Part shown: positions 8,189-17,722 of the stretch, piece after piece
How positions within the stretch are numbered: position 1 is the stretch's first letter
Layout of the letters: each line of letters opens with the position of its first letter
Assembly (NCBI GenBank): GCA_035639935.1
Contig: DASQXC010000056.1
Location: 1 to 28,398 of the forward strand
Length of the DNA: 28,398 nucleotides
Reading direction: 5' to 3'
DNA from: Terriglobales bacterium
Lineage (GTDB): Bacteria > Acidobacteriota > Terriglobia > Terriglobales > Acidobacteriaceae
The notes under the pieces: model-generated
What the model saw: only the letters and a program-made list of their open reading frames with translations
What the model was told of the DNA's origin: nothing
The model's database searches: none
Program-made: the position numbers and the translations under genes

Positions 8189-8274
8189 AAACGCTTTTCG
8201 CCTGCCACTTGGCCGAAGACAGCGGAGGACAGAAGATTCCTAATGAATTGGCTCAATTCCCAAGAAGTGCCAAA

Positions 8275-8300
8275 CTGACAACTGGCAACTGACAACTGAC
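8275..8300. repeat. 7-bp tandem array (CTGRCAA x3.7), inverted relative to 8150-8188
   Basis: ctgacaa-ctggcaa-ctgacaa-ctgac is the reverse complement of the left array unit. Confidence 0.9.
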
Positions 8301-8304
8301 CCTT

Positions 8305-9252
8305 ATGCCCATCTCCATGGCTCGCGAGCAGGACATCCTGAATCTGCCGCCGCCGAAGCGGCCGCCGTTGCGGACTGCCCGGCGCATCGGCATTCACACT
8401 TCAACCGCCGGCGGAGTGGAAAGCGCGGCCGAGCGTGCCTGGCGTCTAGGCTGCAGCACCTTCCAGATTTTTTCCTCCAGCCCGCGACAGTGGAAGCCGT
8501 ACGAGCTGGGACGAAAGCAGTGCGCGGAAATGAGCCGCCTGCGCAAAAAGTACGATCTTAAGCCACTCGTGATCCACGCCAGCTACCTGTTGAATCTCGC
8601 CGGGAGCAATCCCGAGTTCTACGCCAAGACGATTTTGACATTCCGGGGCGAGCTTGAACGCGCGCTGGCACTCTGCGCAGAGTATGTTGTGGTTCATCCG
8701 GGATCATTCCGCGGCGCCAGCCGTGAAGAAGGACTGGCCCGTGCCGCCTATGCGATCCGCGAGGCAGCCGCCGGTCTCGAGCTGGCCAAGGGAGGGCTGA
8801 CCCTGTTGGTCGAGAACAGTGCGGGATCCGAGTACTCGCTGGGCGCCAGTTTCGAGCATGTGTCGGTACTGGTTGCGGTGCTACGTGAGTTCATCCCGGT
8901 GGCCGCGTGCCTGGATACCTGCCACATCCATGTAGCCGGCTACGATATCGTAACCCCGGCGGGTTACGAGGCGACGCTGCGGCAGATCAATGAAACTATT
9001 GGCCTCAAAAACATTCCGGTGTGGCACTGCAATGATGCCAAGGCGGCGTTCGGATCAAAGCTCGACCGCCACCAGCACGTCGGCCAGGGGACCATCGGCA
9101 TTGGGTCTTTCAAGCGCCTGTTGAACGATCCTCGCCTCGCGCACGCCGCCTTTATCGCCGAAACCCCAATTGATAAGCCGGGCGACGATAGGAGAAATGT
9201 GGAGACTTTGAAATCGCTGGTGGACCGCACTCGGCCTGGAAAAAGCCGGTAG
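8305..9252 (+). CDS. nfo: Endonuclease IV (AP endonuclease family 2)
   Basis: IGIHTS, QIFSSSPRQW, IHASYLLNL, VHPGS, VENSAG, CLDTCH, HCNDAK, DRHQHVG and ETP motifs; all zinc ligands present. Alternative start ATG 8317. Confidence 0.94.
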   Translation: MPISMAREQDILNLPPPKRPPLRTARRIGIHTSTAGGVESAAERAWRLGCSTFQIFSSSPRQWKPYELGRKQCAEMSRLRKKYDLKPLVIHASYLLNLAGSNPEFYAKTILTFRGELERALALCAEYVVVHPGSFRGASREEGLARAAYAIREAAAGLELAKGGLTLLVENSAGSEYSLGASFEHVSVLVAVLREFIPVAACLDTCHIHVAGYDIVTPAGYEATLRQINETIGLKNIPVWHCNDAKAAFGSKLDRHQHVGQGTIGIGSFKRLLNDPRLAHAAFIAETPIDKPGDDRRNVETLKSLVDRTRPGKSR

Positions 9253-9325
9253 AGGCGCAGCATGCCGCATCTGTATCGGGGCCGGAATAGTAAAATTCCT
9301 ATGTTGAGCCTAATTTGAATCCGAC

Positions 9326-11905
9326 TTGAGCATCATGCCCGACTTACATACCCGAACTGATACCGGCGCCGCTCGTGATGAGCAGCGGTACGATCCGCAC
9401 CGCATCGAGGAGAAATGGTCGGCGCGCTGGCAGCAGCAGCCGGAACTGTTCCGTGCTGAGCCCTTCGATTCGCCGCGTCCCAAGTACTACGTGCTGGAGA
9501 TGCTGCCCTATCCCTCGGGCGCGCTGCACATGGGTCACGTGCGCAACTACTCCATCGGTGACGCCTTGGCGCGGCACATGTGGATGAAAGGTTACAACGT
9601 CCTGCACCCCATGGGCTGGGACGCCTTTGGTCTGCCCGCCGAGAACGCGGCTATCAAGGCGAAAACGCCGCCGAAGCAGTGGACGCTCTCGAACATCGCG
9701 CACATGAAAGCGCAGATGAAGCGTCTGGGTTTTGCCTACGACTGGTCCAAGGAAGTCACCACCTGTCTGCCCGACTACTACCGCTGGAACCAGTGGTTCT
9801 TCCTCAAGATGTACGAGCGCGGGCTGGCTTATCGCAAGAAAAGCCGCGTGAACTGGTGCCCCGAGTGCGCCACAGTGCTTGCCAACGAACAGGTAGTCAA
9901 TGGCTGCTGCTGGCGCCACACGGAGACTCCGGTTCAGCAACGCGACTTGGAACAGTGGTTCTTGCGGATCACGGATTACGCGCAGGAGCTGCTCGATGAC
10001 CTCGACCGTCTCTCCGGCTGGCCGGAAAAGGTGCGCACCATGCAGCGCAATTGGATCGGCCGCAGCGAAGGTGCGCTCATTGATTTCAAAATCGATGGAG
10101 CCGCCTGGCAGGGCAGCGATACCATCAGCGTGTTCACCACGCGCATTGACACCATCTTCGGCGCGACCTCCATCCAACTCGCCCCCGAGCACCCCACACT
10201 CGCCAATCTCATCGGGAACAATCCGGAGCTGCACGCCAGAGTGGACGAACTCATGGCGGAGCAGCGACGCGCCAAGGAAGCCGGCGACGTCGGTGAGATC
10301 GAGAAGCACGGGATGTTCACCGGGCGCTACGCCATTAATCCGTTTAACGGCGAGAAGCTGCCCATCTGGGTGGCCAATTACGTCCTGATGGACTATGGGA
10401 CGGGCGCGATCATGTCCGTCCCCGCGCATGACGAGCGCGACTACGAATTTGCGAAGAAGTATGGACTGGAGATCCGCATCGTCATCCTGCCACGCCGCCA
10501 AGGCGAGCCGCCGCAAGCCGGGGAGGAAGACACCGCCTTACTGCCCTATACCGGCACGGACAGCCTGCTCATCAATTCCGGCCCCTATAGCGAGCTTTCT
10601 TGCGAAGAAGCCATGAAACGCATGGCGCAGGACGCTGAGCGCGGCGGCTTCGGGAAAGCCGCCGTCACTTACCGCCTGAAGGACTGGGGCATTTCCCGCC
10701 AGCGCTACTGGGGCGCCCCCATTCCCATGCTCTATTGCGACCACTGCGGCATTGTTCCGGTCCCGGAAAAGGACCTGCCGGTGATACTGCCGGAGAACGT
10801 GGACATTACCCTCTCCGGCGGTTCCCCGCTGGGTAAGGTCAAGGAATGGGTAAACACGACTTGCCCCACGTGCGGCGGCTCCGCGCGTCGCGAGACCGAT
10901 ACCATGGATACCTTCGTCGATTCGTCCTGGTATTTCTATCGCTACACCGATCCGACGCTTGAGACAGCGCCGGTCGCCCCCAAGACTATCGGCTATTGGT
11001 TCGAGATCGATCAGTACATCGGCGGGGTCGAACACGCCATCCTGCACCTCATTTATTCCCGCTTCTGGACCAAAGTGATGCGCGACTTGGGCCTGATCGC
11101 GAACTCGGAACCGGTCGCGCGTCTATTCACCCAGGGCATGGTGCTCAAGGATGGGGCGGCCATGTCGAAGAGCCGCGGGAATGTGGTCTCACCCGACGAA
11201 ATCGTGGCCCGCTATGGCGCCGATACCGCGCGTGTGTACATCCTGTTCGCCGCTCCCCCCGATCGCGATTTGGACTGGAGTGATTCGGCTATTGAGGGCG
11301 TGCACCGCTTCCTCGGGCGCGTTCACCGCTTCATTGCGCAGAATCCCGTGCAGCGAATAGGCACGGCATACTGCGTGCAACAACTCTCGCCCGAGGCACG
11401 CCGGGTGCTGCGCAAGCTTCACCAGACGATCAAGCGAATTTCGGATGACTTCGCGGGCCGTTGGCACTTCAATACCTCTGTAGCCGCTCTGATGGAGCTG
11501 TTGAACGAACTCACTGCTTATCCCGAGATCTTTGCCTGCGCAAGCCGAAAGGCAGCGCCGTCCGCTCTGGTCGCGGAGATCCAGCGCACGTTCGTCCTCT
11601 TGCTCGCACCTTTTGCGCCGTATTTGGCACATGAACTCTGGGAAATGCTCGGCGAGACCTCCAACCTCCTGCGCGAATCTTGGCCAGAGTACGATACCGC
11701 GCTGGCCAAGGAGGAGGAGCTTGAAATTGTCGTGCAGATCAACGGCAAGATCCGTGACCGGCTGGTCGTCTCTGCCCACTCTTCAGAAGAAGAGTTGAGG
11801 AAGCTGGCGCTCGCCGCCCCCAAAGTCCAGGCCACGCTTGATGGGAGGCAACTGCTGAGGGCGATCGTAGTGCCGGGCAAGCTGGTCAACATCGTGGTGC
11901 GGTAG
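9326..11905 (+). CDS. leuS: Leucine-tRNA ligase
   Basis: LEMLPYPSG.LHMGH, PMGWDAFGLPAENAA, TTR.DT.FG and GTGAIMSVPAHDERD (editing domain), SRQRYWG.PIP, ETDTMDTFVDSSWY, YIGGVEHAILHL and AMSKS motifs. Start is TTG 9326 or ATG 9335. Candidate -10 TAAAAT at 9291-9296. Confidence 0.97.
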   Translation: MSIMPDLHTRTDTGAARDEQRYDPHRIEEKWSARWQQQPELFRAEPFDSPRPKYYVLEMLPYPSGALHMGHVRNYSIGDALARHMWMKGYNVLHPMGWDAFGLPAENAAIKAKTPPKQWTLSNIAHMKAQMKRLGFAYDWSKEVTTCLPDYYRWNQWFFLKMYERGLAYRKKSRVNWCPECATVLANEQVVNGCCWRHTETPVQQRDLEQWFLRITDYAQELLDDLDRLSGWPEKVRTMQRNWIGRSEGALIDFKIDGAAWQGSDTISVFTTRIDTIFGATSIQLAPEHPTLANLIGNNPELHARVDELMAEQRRAKEAGDVGEIEKHGMFTGRYAINPFNGEKLPIWVANYVLMDYGTGAIMSVPAHDERDYEFAKKYGLEIRIVILPRRQGEPPQAGEEDTALLPYTGTDSLLINSGPYSELSCEEAMKRMAQDAERGGFGKAAVTYRLKDWGISRQRYWGAPIPMLYCDHCGIVPVPEKDLPVILPENVDITLSGGSPLGKVKEWVNTTCPTCGGSARRETDTMDTFVDSSWYFYRYTDPTLETAPVAPKTIGYWFEIDQYIGGVEHAILHLIYSRFWTKVMRDLGLIANSEPVARLFTQGMVLKDGAAMSKSRGNVVSPDEIVARYGADTARVYILFAAPPDRDLDWSDSAIEGVHRFLGRVHRFIAQNPVQRIGTAYCVQQLSPEARRVLRKLHQTIKRISDDFAGRWHFNTSVAALMELLNELTAYPEIFACASRKAAPSALVAEIQRTFVLLLAPFAPYLAHELWEMLGETSNLLRESWPEYDTALAKEEELEIVVQINGKIRDRLVVSAHSSEEELRKLALAAPKVQATLDGRQLLRAIVVPGKLVNIVVR

Positions 11906-11919
11906 ACGGATTCTTCAAG

Positions 11920-12909
11920 ATGCCATCTGGCGCTCCCATCAGCGAAGGATTTCGCACGGCGTTTCGCGAGCCGGCCATCGTGCTGGCGGAAATCGCTTGG
12001 CGCTGGACCTTCGGCGTGGCCGCAATGGCCTTAGCGGCCGCTTCCTTTTTCGCATATCTGGACGCAATCCCCATCGGCAATCTTGAGTTCCTGACCCTGG
12101 GAAGGCAGACGCCTCGGCTGATTACCGAGGCCACCGCCTCTTTTCTACATGGCAGTCCGCGCCTAATACCGGTGGCAGGAATCGTGTTGTCGGGCATATT
12201 CGTGTTGTGGGTGCTGGCGGCGAGCGTGGGCCGCGCGGCTACGCTCCAGGCGCTACTTCGTGTTCCGAGCATCTCACTCGCACCGCAGTTCGGGCTGAAC
12301 TTCTTGCGCGCCGGCATCACGCTGGCCTCTTTCGCTGCATACGTAGGCGCTGTGATTCTCGCAGGCCGCGCCGCTGCTGGCGTTTACAATCCTCGGCCCG
12401 GCGTCTTTCTGGTGGTGTTGGTGCTCCTGGGGACGGCCATCACTCTCGCGCGTTCGCGGCTCAACTGGTTCCTCTATTTAGCAGCAATCGCTGCGGTCCG
12501 CGCGTCCAAGGGCGTCTTCGCCGCCCTCGGTGAAGCGTCCACGTTGTGCCACCGCCACCTGGGCGAATTTGCCCGCATCGGAGCCGTTTTTGGAACGATC
12601 CAGGGCGTGCTCTTTGCCTTCGCAAGCGTTATCTGGCTGTTAACGTCGTCGGTTGCGGGCCAAGTGCCTCGTGCGGCCATCATCGTAGCGTTGGCGGTTT
12701 TCACCCTCGCCTTCTTGGCACTCAGCGATTTCCTGTACATCGCACGTCTAGCTGCGTACATTGCTGTAGACGAAGATGACCGCATCTCGCCTCCAGCGCC
12801 CAGTTCCGCCGGGCCGACGCCAGCGTCGCCTGCCCCGGATCCGCCGCCGGCCCAGTTGCACTCCATTTACGATCCGGGATTTCCGAGCCCGGATGGAGCC
12901 ACAAATTAG
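11920..12909 (+). CDS. Integral membrane protein of unknown function with a Pro-rich C-terminal tail
   Basis: 329 aa with ~6-7 hydrophobic helices, 14 bp after the leuS stop. Fills the gap to guaA on the same strand. Confidence 0.75.
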   Translation: MPSGAPISEGFRTAFREPAIVLAEIAWRWTFGVAAMALAAASFFAYLDAIPIGNLEFLTLGRQTPRLITEATASFLHGSPRLIPVAGIVLSGIFVLWVLAASVGRAATLQALLRVPSISLAPQFGLNFLRAGITLASFAAYVGAVILAGRAAAGVYNPRPGVFLVVLVLLGTAITLARSRLNWFLYLAAIAAVRASKGVFAALGEASTLCHRHLGEFARIGAVFGTIQGVLFAFASVIWLLTSSVAGQVPRAAIIVALAVFTLAFLALSDFLYIARLAAYIAVDEDDRISPPAPSSAGPTPASPAPDPPPAQLHSIYDPGFPSPDGATN

Positions 12910-12938
12910 GCTCTCGGTTACACTGTTCTTAGTTCCCA

Positions 12939-14492
12939 ATGGAAACCCAATCAATCATTGTCTTGGACTTCGGCGCGCAGTATTCGCAGCTCATCGCGCG
13001 CCGCATCCGCGAGCAGGGGGTTTTCTCGGTCGTGCTACCCTGCACCGCTTCGCTGGAAGAGATCCGCAGCTATTCGCCAGTGGGGATTGTGCTCTCCGGC
13101 GGGCCGTGCTCTGTTTATGACGAAGACACGCCGAATGCTGACGAGCGCATCTTCACGCTCGACCTGCCTGTGCTTGGGATCTGCTACGGATTGCAGCTCA
13201 TGACTCACAAACTCGGCGGCAAAGTTCGCGCTGCCGAGAAACGTGAGTACGGGCACGCCGAAGTGCAGGTGCTGAACGGCTCGCGACTGTTTCAGGAGCT
13301 ACCGACGAAGATGTCGGTCTGGATGTCGCATGGCGACGAGGCGCTGGAGCTGCCGCCAGGTTTCAGGCTGGTGGGGCGCACTCACAATGCCGTGGCTGCC
13401 ATCGAGGATCCCAAGCGCGGCCTGTACGCGGTCCAGTTTCATCCCGAGGTGCACCACACACGCCAGGGGACGGAGATCCTGAAGAACTTCATCTTCGGGA
13501 TTTGCCACGCGCGGCCGGAGTGGACCAGCCAGCACTTCATCCATGAGACGGTTGCCTCGATCCGGCGAACGGTCGGCGATGGCCGCGCTATCTGCGCGCT
13601 CTCCGGCGGCGTTGATTCCTCGGTAGCTGCCACTCTCGTCCATCGCGCCATCGGCGATCGCCTCACCTGCGTGTTCGTTAACAATGGCCTGCTGCGCAAG
13701 AATGAGTTCGAGAAGGTGCAACAGAACCTGCGGGATCGGCTCGGCCTGAACCTGTTAGCGGTGGACGCGACCGACCGCTTCCTGGCAAAACTCGAAGGCG
13801 TCAGCGACCCTGAGCAGAAGCGCAAGATCATCGGTAACGAATTCATAGCTGTTTTCGACGAGGAGGCGCACCGAATCGAGCACGAGCACGGGCACGGGCA
13901 GGTGGAGTGGCTGGTGCAAGGCACGCTGTATCCGGACGTGATCGAATCACGCTCTGTGCGCGGGCCGTCGCAGACCATCAAGAGCCACCATAACGTCGGC
14001 GGGCTGCCCGAGCAGATGAAGCTCAAGCTGATCGAGCCGCTCAAAGATCTCTTCAAGGACGAGGTGCGGTACATCGGCCGCGAACTCGGCATGCCCGAGG
14101 AAGTCCTGCAGCGACAGCCGTTCCCCGGCCCAGGCCTCGCGGTGCGCATTTTGGGCGAGGTCACGCGAGAACGCCTGGAATTGCTGCGCGCGGCCGATGA
14201 CATAGTTGTTGGCGAGATCAAGCAAGCCGGCCTGTACAAGGAGATATGGCAATCCTTCGCCGTGCTGCTACCGGTGATGTCAGTGGGGGTAATGGGCGAC
14301 GCGCGCACGTATGCCTACACATGCGCCATCCGCGCCGTCCACTCCGAGGACGGCATGACCGCCGATGTGGTCGAGCTACCCTGGGACGTGCTCAAGCGCA
14401 TCTCCACCCGAATCGTCAATGAGGTGCGGGGCATCAACCGAGTCGTATATGACACCACCTCGAAGCCGCCGGGCACGATCGAATGGGAATGA
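12939..14492 (+). CDS. guaA: GMP synthase (glutamine-hydrolysing)
   Basis: [74 protein letters not shown] and KPPGTIEWE motifs. Candidate -10 TACACT at 12919-12924. Confidence 0.98.
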   Translation: METQSIIVLDFGAQYSQLIARRIREQGVFSVVLPCTASLEEIRSYSPVGIVLSGGPCSVYDEDTPNADERIFTLDLPVLGICYGLQLMTHKLGGKVRAAEKREYGHAEVQVLNGSRLFQELPTKMSVWMSHGDEALELPPGFRLVGRTHNAVAAIEDPKRGLYAVQFHPEVHHTRQGTEILKNFIFGICHARPEWTSQHFIHETVASIRRTVGDGRAICALSGGVDSSVAATLVHRAIGDRLTCVFVNNGLLRKNEFEKVQQNLRDRLGLNLLAVDATDRFLAKLEGVSDPEQKRKIIGNEFIAVFDEEAHRIEHEHGHGQVEWLVQGTLYPDVIESRSVRGPSQTIKSHHNVGGLPEQMKLKLIEPLKDLFKDEVRYIGRELGMPEEVLQRQPFPGPGLAVRILGEVTRERLELLRAADDIVVGEIKQAGLYKEIWQSFAVLLPVMSVGVMGDARTYAYTCAIRAVHSEDGMTADVVELPWDVLKRISTRIVNEVRGINRVVYDTTSKPPGTIEWE

Positions 14493-14505
14493 CAACCGCC
14501 AGACC

Positions 14506-14919
14506 ATGGCCAGCGACTTGCGATTTCGGGAAGTGGAACACACAGCCGACCGCGCTTTCACAGTACGCGGCCGTGATTTGGCCGAACTGTTCGAGCGCGC
14601 CGCCTACGCGCTGTGTGCCATTCAGGGACAAGCGCCAGCTACTGGGGAAACTGTGCGCCGTGAAATCGAACTCAGCGGCATCGATCGCGAAACGCTGCTG
14701 GTGAATTGGTTGAACGAGCTTCTGTATCTTCAGGAAGTCCACAAGGAATCCTATTCGCGGTTCCAGGTCAAGACGATTTCCGATACGTCCCTGCGCGCAT
14801 CTGTGCATGGTTCGCCTGACGCTTCGAGCCGGCATATCGTCAAAGCAGTGACCTTCCACGGTCTGAAGGTCGAGCATCTCCCGGAGGGGTGGGGAGCAAC
14901 TATAGTCGTGGACGTCTGA
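14506..14919 (+). CDS. Archease (RtcB activator)
   Basis: 137 aa from ATG 14506. EVEHTAD, LFERAAYAL, LLVNWLNELLYL and KAVTFHGL...W.A.IVVDV motifs (C-terminal D-V metal ligand). Directly upstream of rtcB. Confidence 0.92.
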   Translation: MASDLRFREVEHTADRAFTVRGRDLAELFERAAYALCAIQGQAPATGETVRREIELSGIDRETLLVNWLNELLYLQEVHKESYSRFQVKTISDTSLRASVHGSPDASSRHIVKAVTFHGLKVEHLPEGWGATIVVDV

Positions 14920-14929
14920 GGTATAAGGA

Positions 14930-16405
14930 ATGACAAAGGCAACCTCATGCCGCACGCCCACCAAACACGATTTCCAGCGTATCGGGCGGCAGATCTGGGA
15001 GATTCCGCGCGATTTTCGCGAGGATATGCGCGCACCCGCGCGCTTGTATGCCGATGAAGCCTTGCTTGATGCGGCGCTGGAGGACAACTCGGTCGAACAG
15101 TTGGTCAACACGGCCACCCTGCCGGGGATCACCAAATACGCCATTGCCATGCCGGATATCCATCAGGGGTACGGTTTTCCCATAGGCGGCGTGGTCGCTA
15201 CCCGGCTGCCGGATGGCATCATTTCGCCTGGAGGCGTGGGCTACGACATCAACTGTGGAGTGCGCCTGCTGGCCGCCGAAGCCACGGTCGAGGAGGTCTC
15301 GCCTTTCCTTAGTGATCTGGCCTCGGCGCTCTGCCGTAACTGTCCCAGCGGGGTGGGAGTCCACGGTGAGATCAAGCTGCAGGATTCCGAACTGGACCGC
15401 GTGCTGGTGGAAGGTGCGCGCTGGGCGTTGAAGCGCGGGTTCGCTCGTGACAAGGACCTGCAGCACACGGAGGAATTCGGCGCCATGCCCGGGGCTGACT
15501 CCGGGTACGTTTCCCACAAAGCGCGCGAGCGTGGCCGCGAGCAGATCGGAACCCTAGGCGCCGGCAATCACTTCATCGAAGTGGATCGGGTTGCAGAGAT
15601 TTACGACGATACCTCCGCCGAGCGGTTGCGATTGTTTCCCGGCCATGTCGCGGTGCAGATTCATTGCGGCTCCCGCGGGTTCGGCCACCAGATCTGTGAG
15701 GATTACGTGGCGCGCTTCCAGAAGACGGTGCGTGATTATGGCATCGAACTGCCCGACCGCGAGCTGGTGTGCGCGCCGTTTGAATCCGAAGAGGGACAGC
15801 AGTATTTCCACGCGATGGCCTGCGCCGCCAACTTTGCCTTCGCCAACCGTCAGGTGCTGGCCTACCACATCCGGCGCTCTTTCGAGCAAGTGCTCGCCGG
15901 AAATATCCGCGCATTCGATCTCCACCAGGTCTATGACATTGCCCACAACATGGCCAAAGTCGAGGAGCACGAAGTGGGCGGGACGCGCATACCGTTGTGC
16001 GTACACCGTAAAGGGGCTACCCGCGCTTTCGGTCCGGGCTCAGATGGATTGCCGGACGAGCTGCGGGAGATCGGGCAGCCGGTGCTGATCCCGGGTTCAA
16101 TGGGCACAGCTTCGTACGTGCTAATTGGCACCCGCGGTTCCATGGAGCAGACCTTCGGTTCAACTTGCCACGGCGCCGGGCGCGTGTGGAGCCGCGCCCG
16201 CGCTCGAAAGTCGCTTCGGGGCGAACACCTGCGGCAGGACCTCCAAAGCCGTGGGATTGTGGTGCGCGCCGGCTCTATGTCTGGTCTGGCAGAAGAGGCG
16301 CCACAGGCCTACAAGGACGTCTCCCGCGTGGTCGATGTGGTCGAGCGTGCTGGCATTGGCAAAAAAGTCGCCCGACTGGAGCCTATGGCGGTAATCAAAG
16401 GGTAG
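14930..16405 (+). CDS. rtcB: RNA-splicing/repair ligase RtcB (long, archaeal/eukaryal-like form)
   Basis: [70 protein letters not shown] and EEAPQAYK motifs. AAGGA SD. Confidence 0.97.
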   Translation: MTKATSCRTPTKHDFQRIGRQIWEIPRDFREDMRAPARLYADEALLDAALEDNSVEQLVNTATLPGITKYAIAMPDIHQGYGFPIGGVVATRLPDGIISPGGVGYDINCGVRLLAAEATVEEVSPFLSDLASALCRNCPSGVGVHGEIKLQDSELDRVLVEGARWALKRGFARDKDLQHTEEFGAMPGADSGYVSHKARERGREQIGTLGAGNHFIEVDRVAEIYDDTSAERLRLFPGHVAVQIHCGSRGFGHQICEDYVARFQKTVRDYGIELPDRELVCAPFESEEGQQYFHAMACAANFAFANRQVLAYHIRRSFEQVLAGNIRAFDLHQVYDIAHNMAKVEEHEVGGTRIPLCVHRKGATRAFGPGSDGLPDELREIGQPVLIPGSMGTASYVLIGTRGSMEQTFGSTCHGAGRVWSRARARKSLRGEHLRQDLQSRGIVVRAGSMSGLAEEAPQAYKDVSRVVDVVERAGIGKKVARLEPMAVIKG

Positions 16406-16426
16406 ACAGGTCGCCGATGCAGCTCG

Positions 16427-17389
16427 TTAACGCATGATGGCGCGAACCAGAGAGCGGTTATCGAGATTTCGCAGACCGACTTCTGAGGCGGCTTCCAGCG
16501 CATTCTGGAATTCTTCCAGCGATATGCAGCGATTGATCTCAGCGTGCTCCTTATCGCTCACCTTGCCCGCCGGATAGTACTGCGGCATGACATTGACGTA
16601 GGTGTCGGGGCCCAGTTCGCGGGCGGTCCACTCTAAGACCTCGCGCGTGCCGGCAATCTCGCCCGGCATCGCCAGATGACGCAAGATGAGCCCGCGCAGC
16701 GCGAGTCCGTTTTCATCAACCACCAGCGTTCCGACCTGCCGGTGCATTTCCTTGATGGCGCGGCGGGCGGCTTCAGGATAATTGGGCGCGCGGATGTAGC
16801 GGCGGGCCATCTCGGGCTCCCAAAACTTAAAATCGGGCATGTAGATGTCAACCAGCCCGTTCATCAGTTCCAGCGAGTCGAGCGAGTCATAGGCGCTGGT
16901 GTTGTATACCAGTGGGAGCCGCAAGCCGCCTTCGAACGCAATCAAGAGCGCCTCCAGGATCTGCGGTACCACGTGCTCGGGGGTTACCAGATTGATGTCG
17001 TGGCAGCCGCGCTCCTGCAGCTCGAGCATCATGGAAGCGAGTTTCTGCGGAGGCGTGATGTCCCCTTCGACCTGCCAGCTCACCTCAAAGTTTTGGCAGA
17101 AGACACAGCGCAGGTTGCAGCCGCTGAAGAATATGGTCCCCGAGCCACGCGTGCCCCGCAGGCAATCTTCCTCACCGAAATGGGGGAAATAGCTAGCGAC
17201 ACGCGCGTAGCGGCCGGAGCGGCAGACAGCGAACCTATCGGCCAGGCGGTCAATGTGGCAATCGCGCGGGCAGAGCACGCAGTCGCGCAGTTTGCTGAGC
17301 GCGCGTTCCACGCGGAAAGCAAGCTCACCTGATTTCCATAGATTTAAGGTATGCGGGCCGAAACGAGGCGCGAGTTTGAACAGCAGCAT
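16427..17389 (-). CDS. Radical SAM protein, PflX-like (uncharacterised, PFL-activase-related)
   Basis: CNLRCVFCQN (CxxxCxxC); N-terminal CxxCPRxC...C cluster; HFGEE..L.G..GSGTIFF; INLVTP; PLVYNTSAYD; DIYMPDFKF; RHL.MPG; VNVMPQYYP. Confidence 0.9.
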   Translation of the reverse strand: MLLFKLAPRFGPHTLNLWKSGELAFRVERALSKLRDCVLCPRDCHIDRLADRFAVCRSGRYARVASYFPHFGEEDCLRGTRGSGTIFFSGCNLRCVFCQNFEVSWQVEGDITPPQKLASMMLELQERGCHDINLVTPEHVVPQILEALLIAFEGGLRLPLVYNTSAYDSLDSLELMNGLVDIYMPDFKFWEPEMARRYIRAPNYPEAARRAIKEMHRQVGTLVVDENGLALRGLILRHLAMPGEIAGTREVLEWTARELGPDTYVNVMPQYYPAGKVSDKEHAEINRCISLEEFQNALEAASEVGLRNLDNRSLVRAIMR

Positions 17390-17420
17390 GCATGCCTATA
17401 TCGGCCCGGCCGACAGCGCG

Positions 17421-17681
17421 CTAGCGTCCGTAGTATTGGGCGTTGCGCTCGGTGAAGTGCTTCCACTTGTCCGGCAGGTCATCCAGTGCAAAGATGGCCG
17501 ACACCGGGCAGACTGGCACACAGGCACCGCAGTCGATGCACTCAACCGGATCGATATACAGCATCTCCTCGCTGGTGTAGGCGGGCTCGTCCTTTTTGGG
17601 ATGGATGCAATCGACCGGGCAGGCGTCCACGCACGCCGTATCCTTAGTTCCGATACAGGGCTCTGCAATCACGTAAGCCAT
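17421..17681 (-). CDS. Ferredoxin, FdxA-like dicluster (probably [3Fe-4S]+[4Fe-4S])
   Basis: MAYVIAEPCIGTKDTACVDACPVDCIH...YIDPVECIDCGACVPVCPVSAI. GAGGAG SD. The first motif C-x7-C-x3-CP is of the 7Fe type. Confidence 0.93.
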   Translation of the reverse strand: MAYVIAEPCIGTKDTACVDACPVDCIHPKKDEPAYTSEEMLYIDPVECIDCGACVPVCPVSAIFALDDLPDKWKHFTERNAQYYGR

Positions 17682-17722
17682 AGACTTTGCTTCTCCTCAG
17701 CGGCTTCCACGAGTGCAAAATT

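Noticed and set aside
8150-8300. Tandem arrays considered as a mini-CRISPR
   Set aside because: The units are 7-8 bp and contiguous with no unique spacers, and no cas genes are present.
9253-9325. T-box leader for leuS
   Set aside because: The spacer is only ~73 bp, with no T-box consensus or terminator/antiterminator.
11155-11175. LeuRS AMSKS instead of KMSKS
   Set aside because: The catalytically important second Lys is retained and first-position variation is common. Not evidence of inactivation.
14365-14505. N-terminal extension of archease
   Set aside because: It overlaps the guaA 3' end. Archease homology begins just after ATG 14506.
16427-17389. Annotation as a true pyruvate formate-lyase activase (pflA)
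   Set aside because: No glycyl-radical enzyme is adjacent, and the N-terminal CxxCPRxC and HFGEE motifs point to the uncharacterised PflX-like group.
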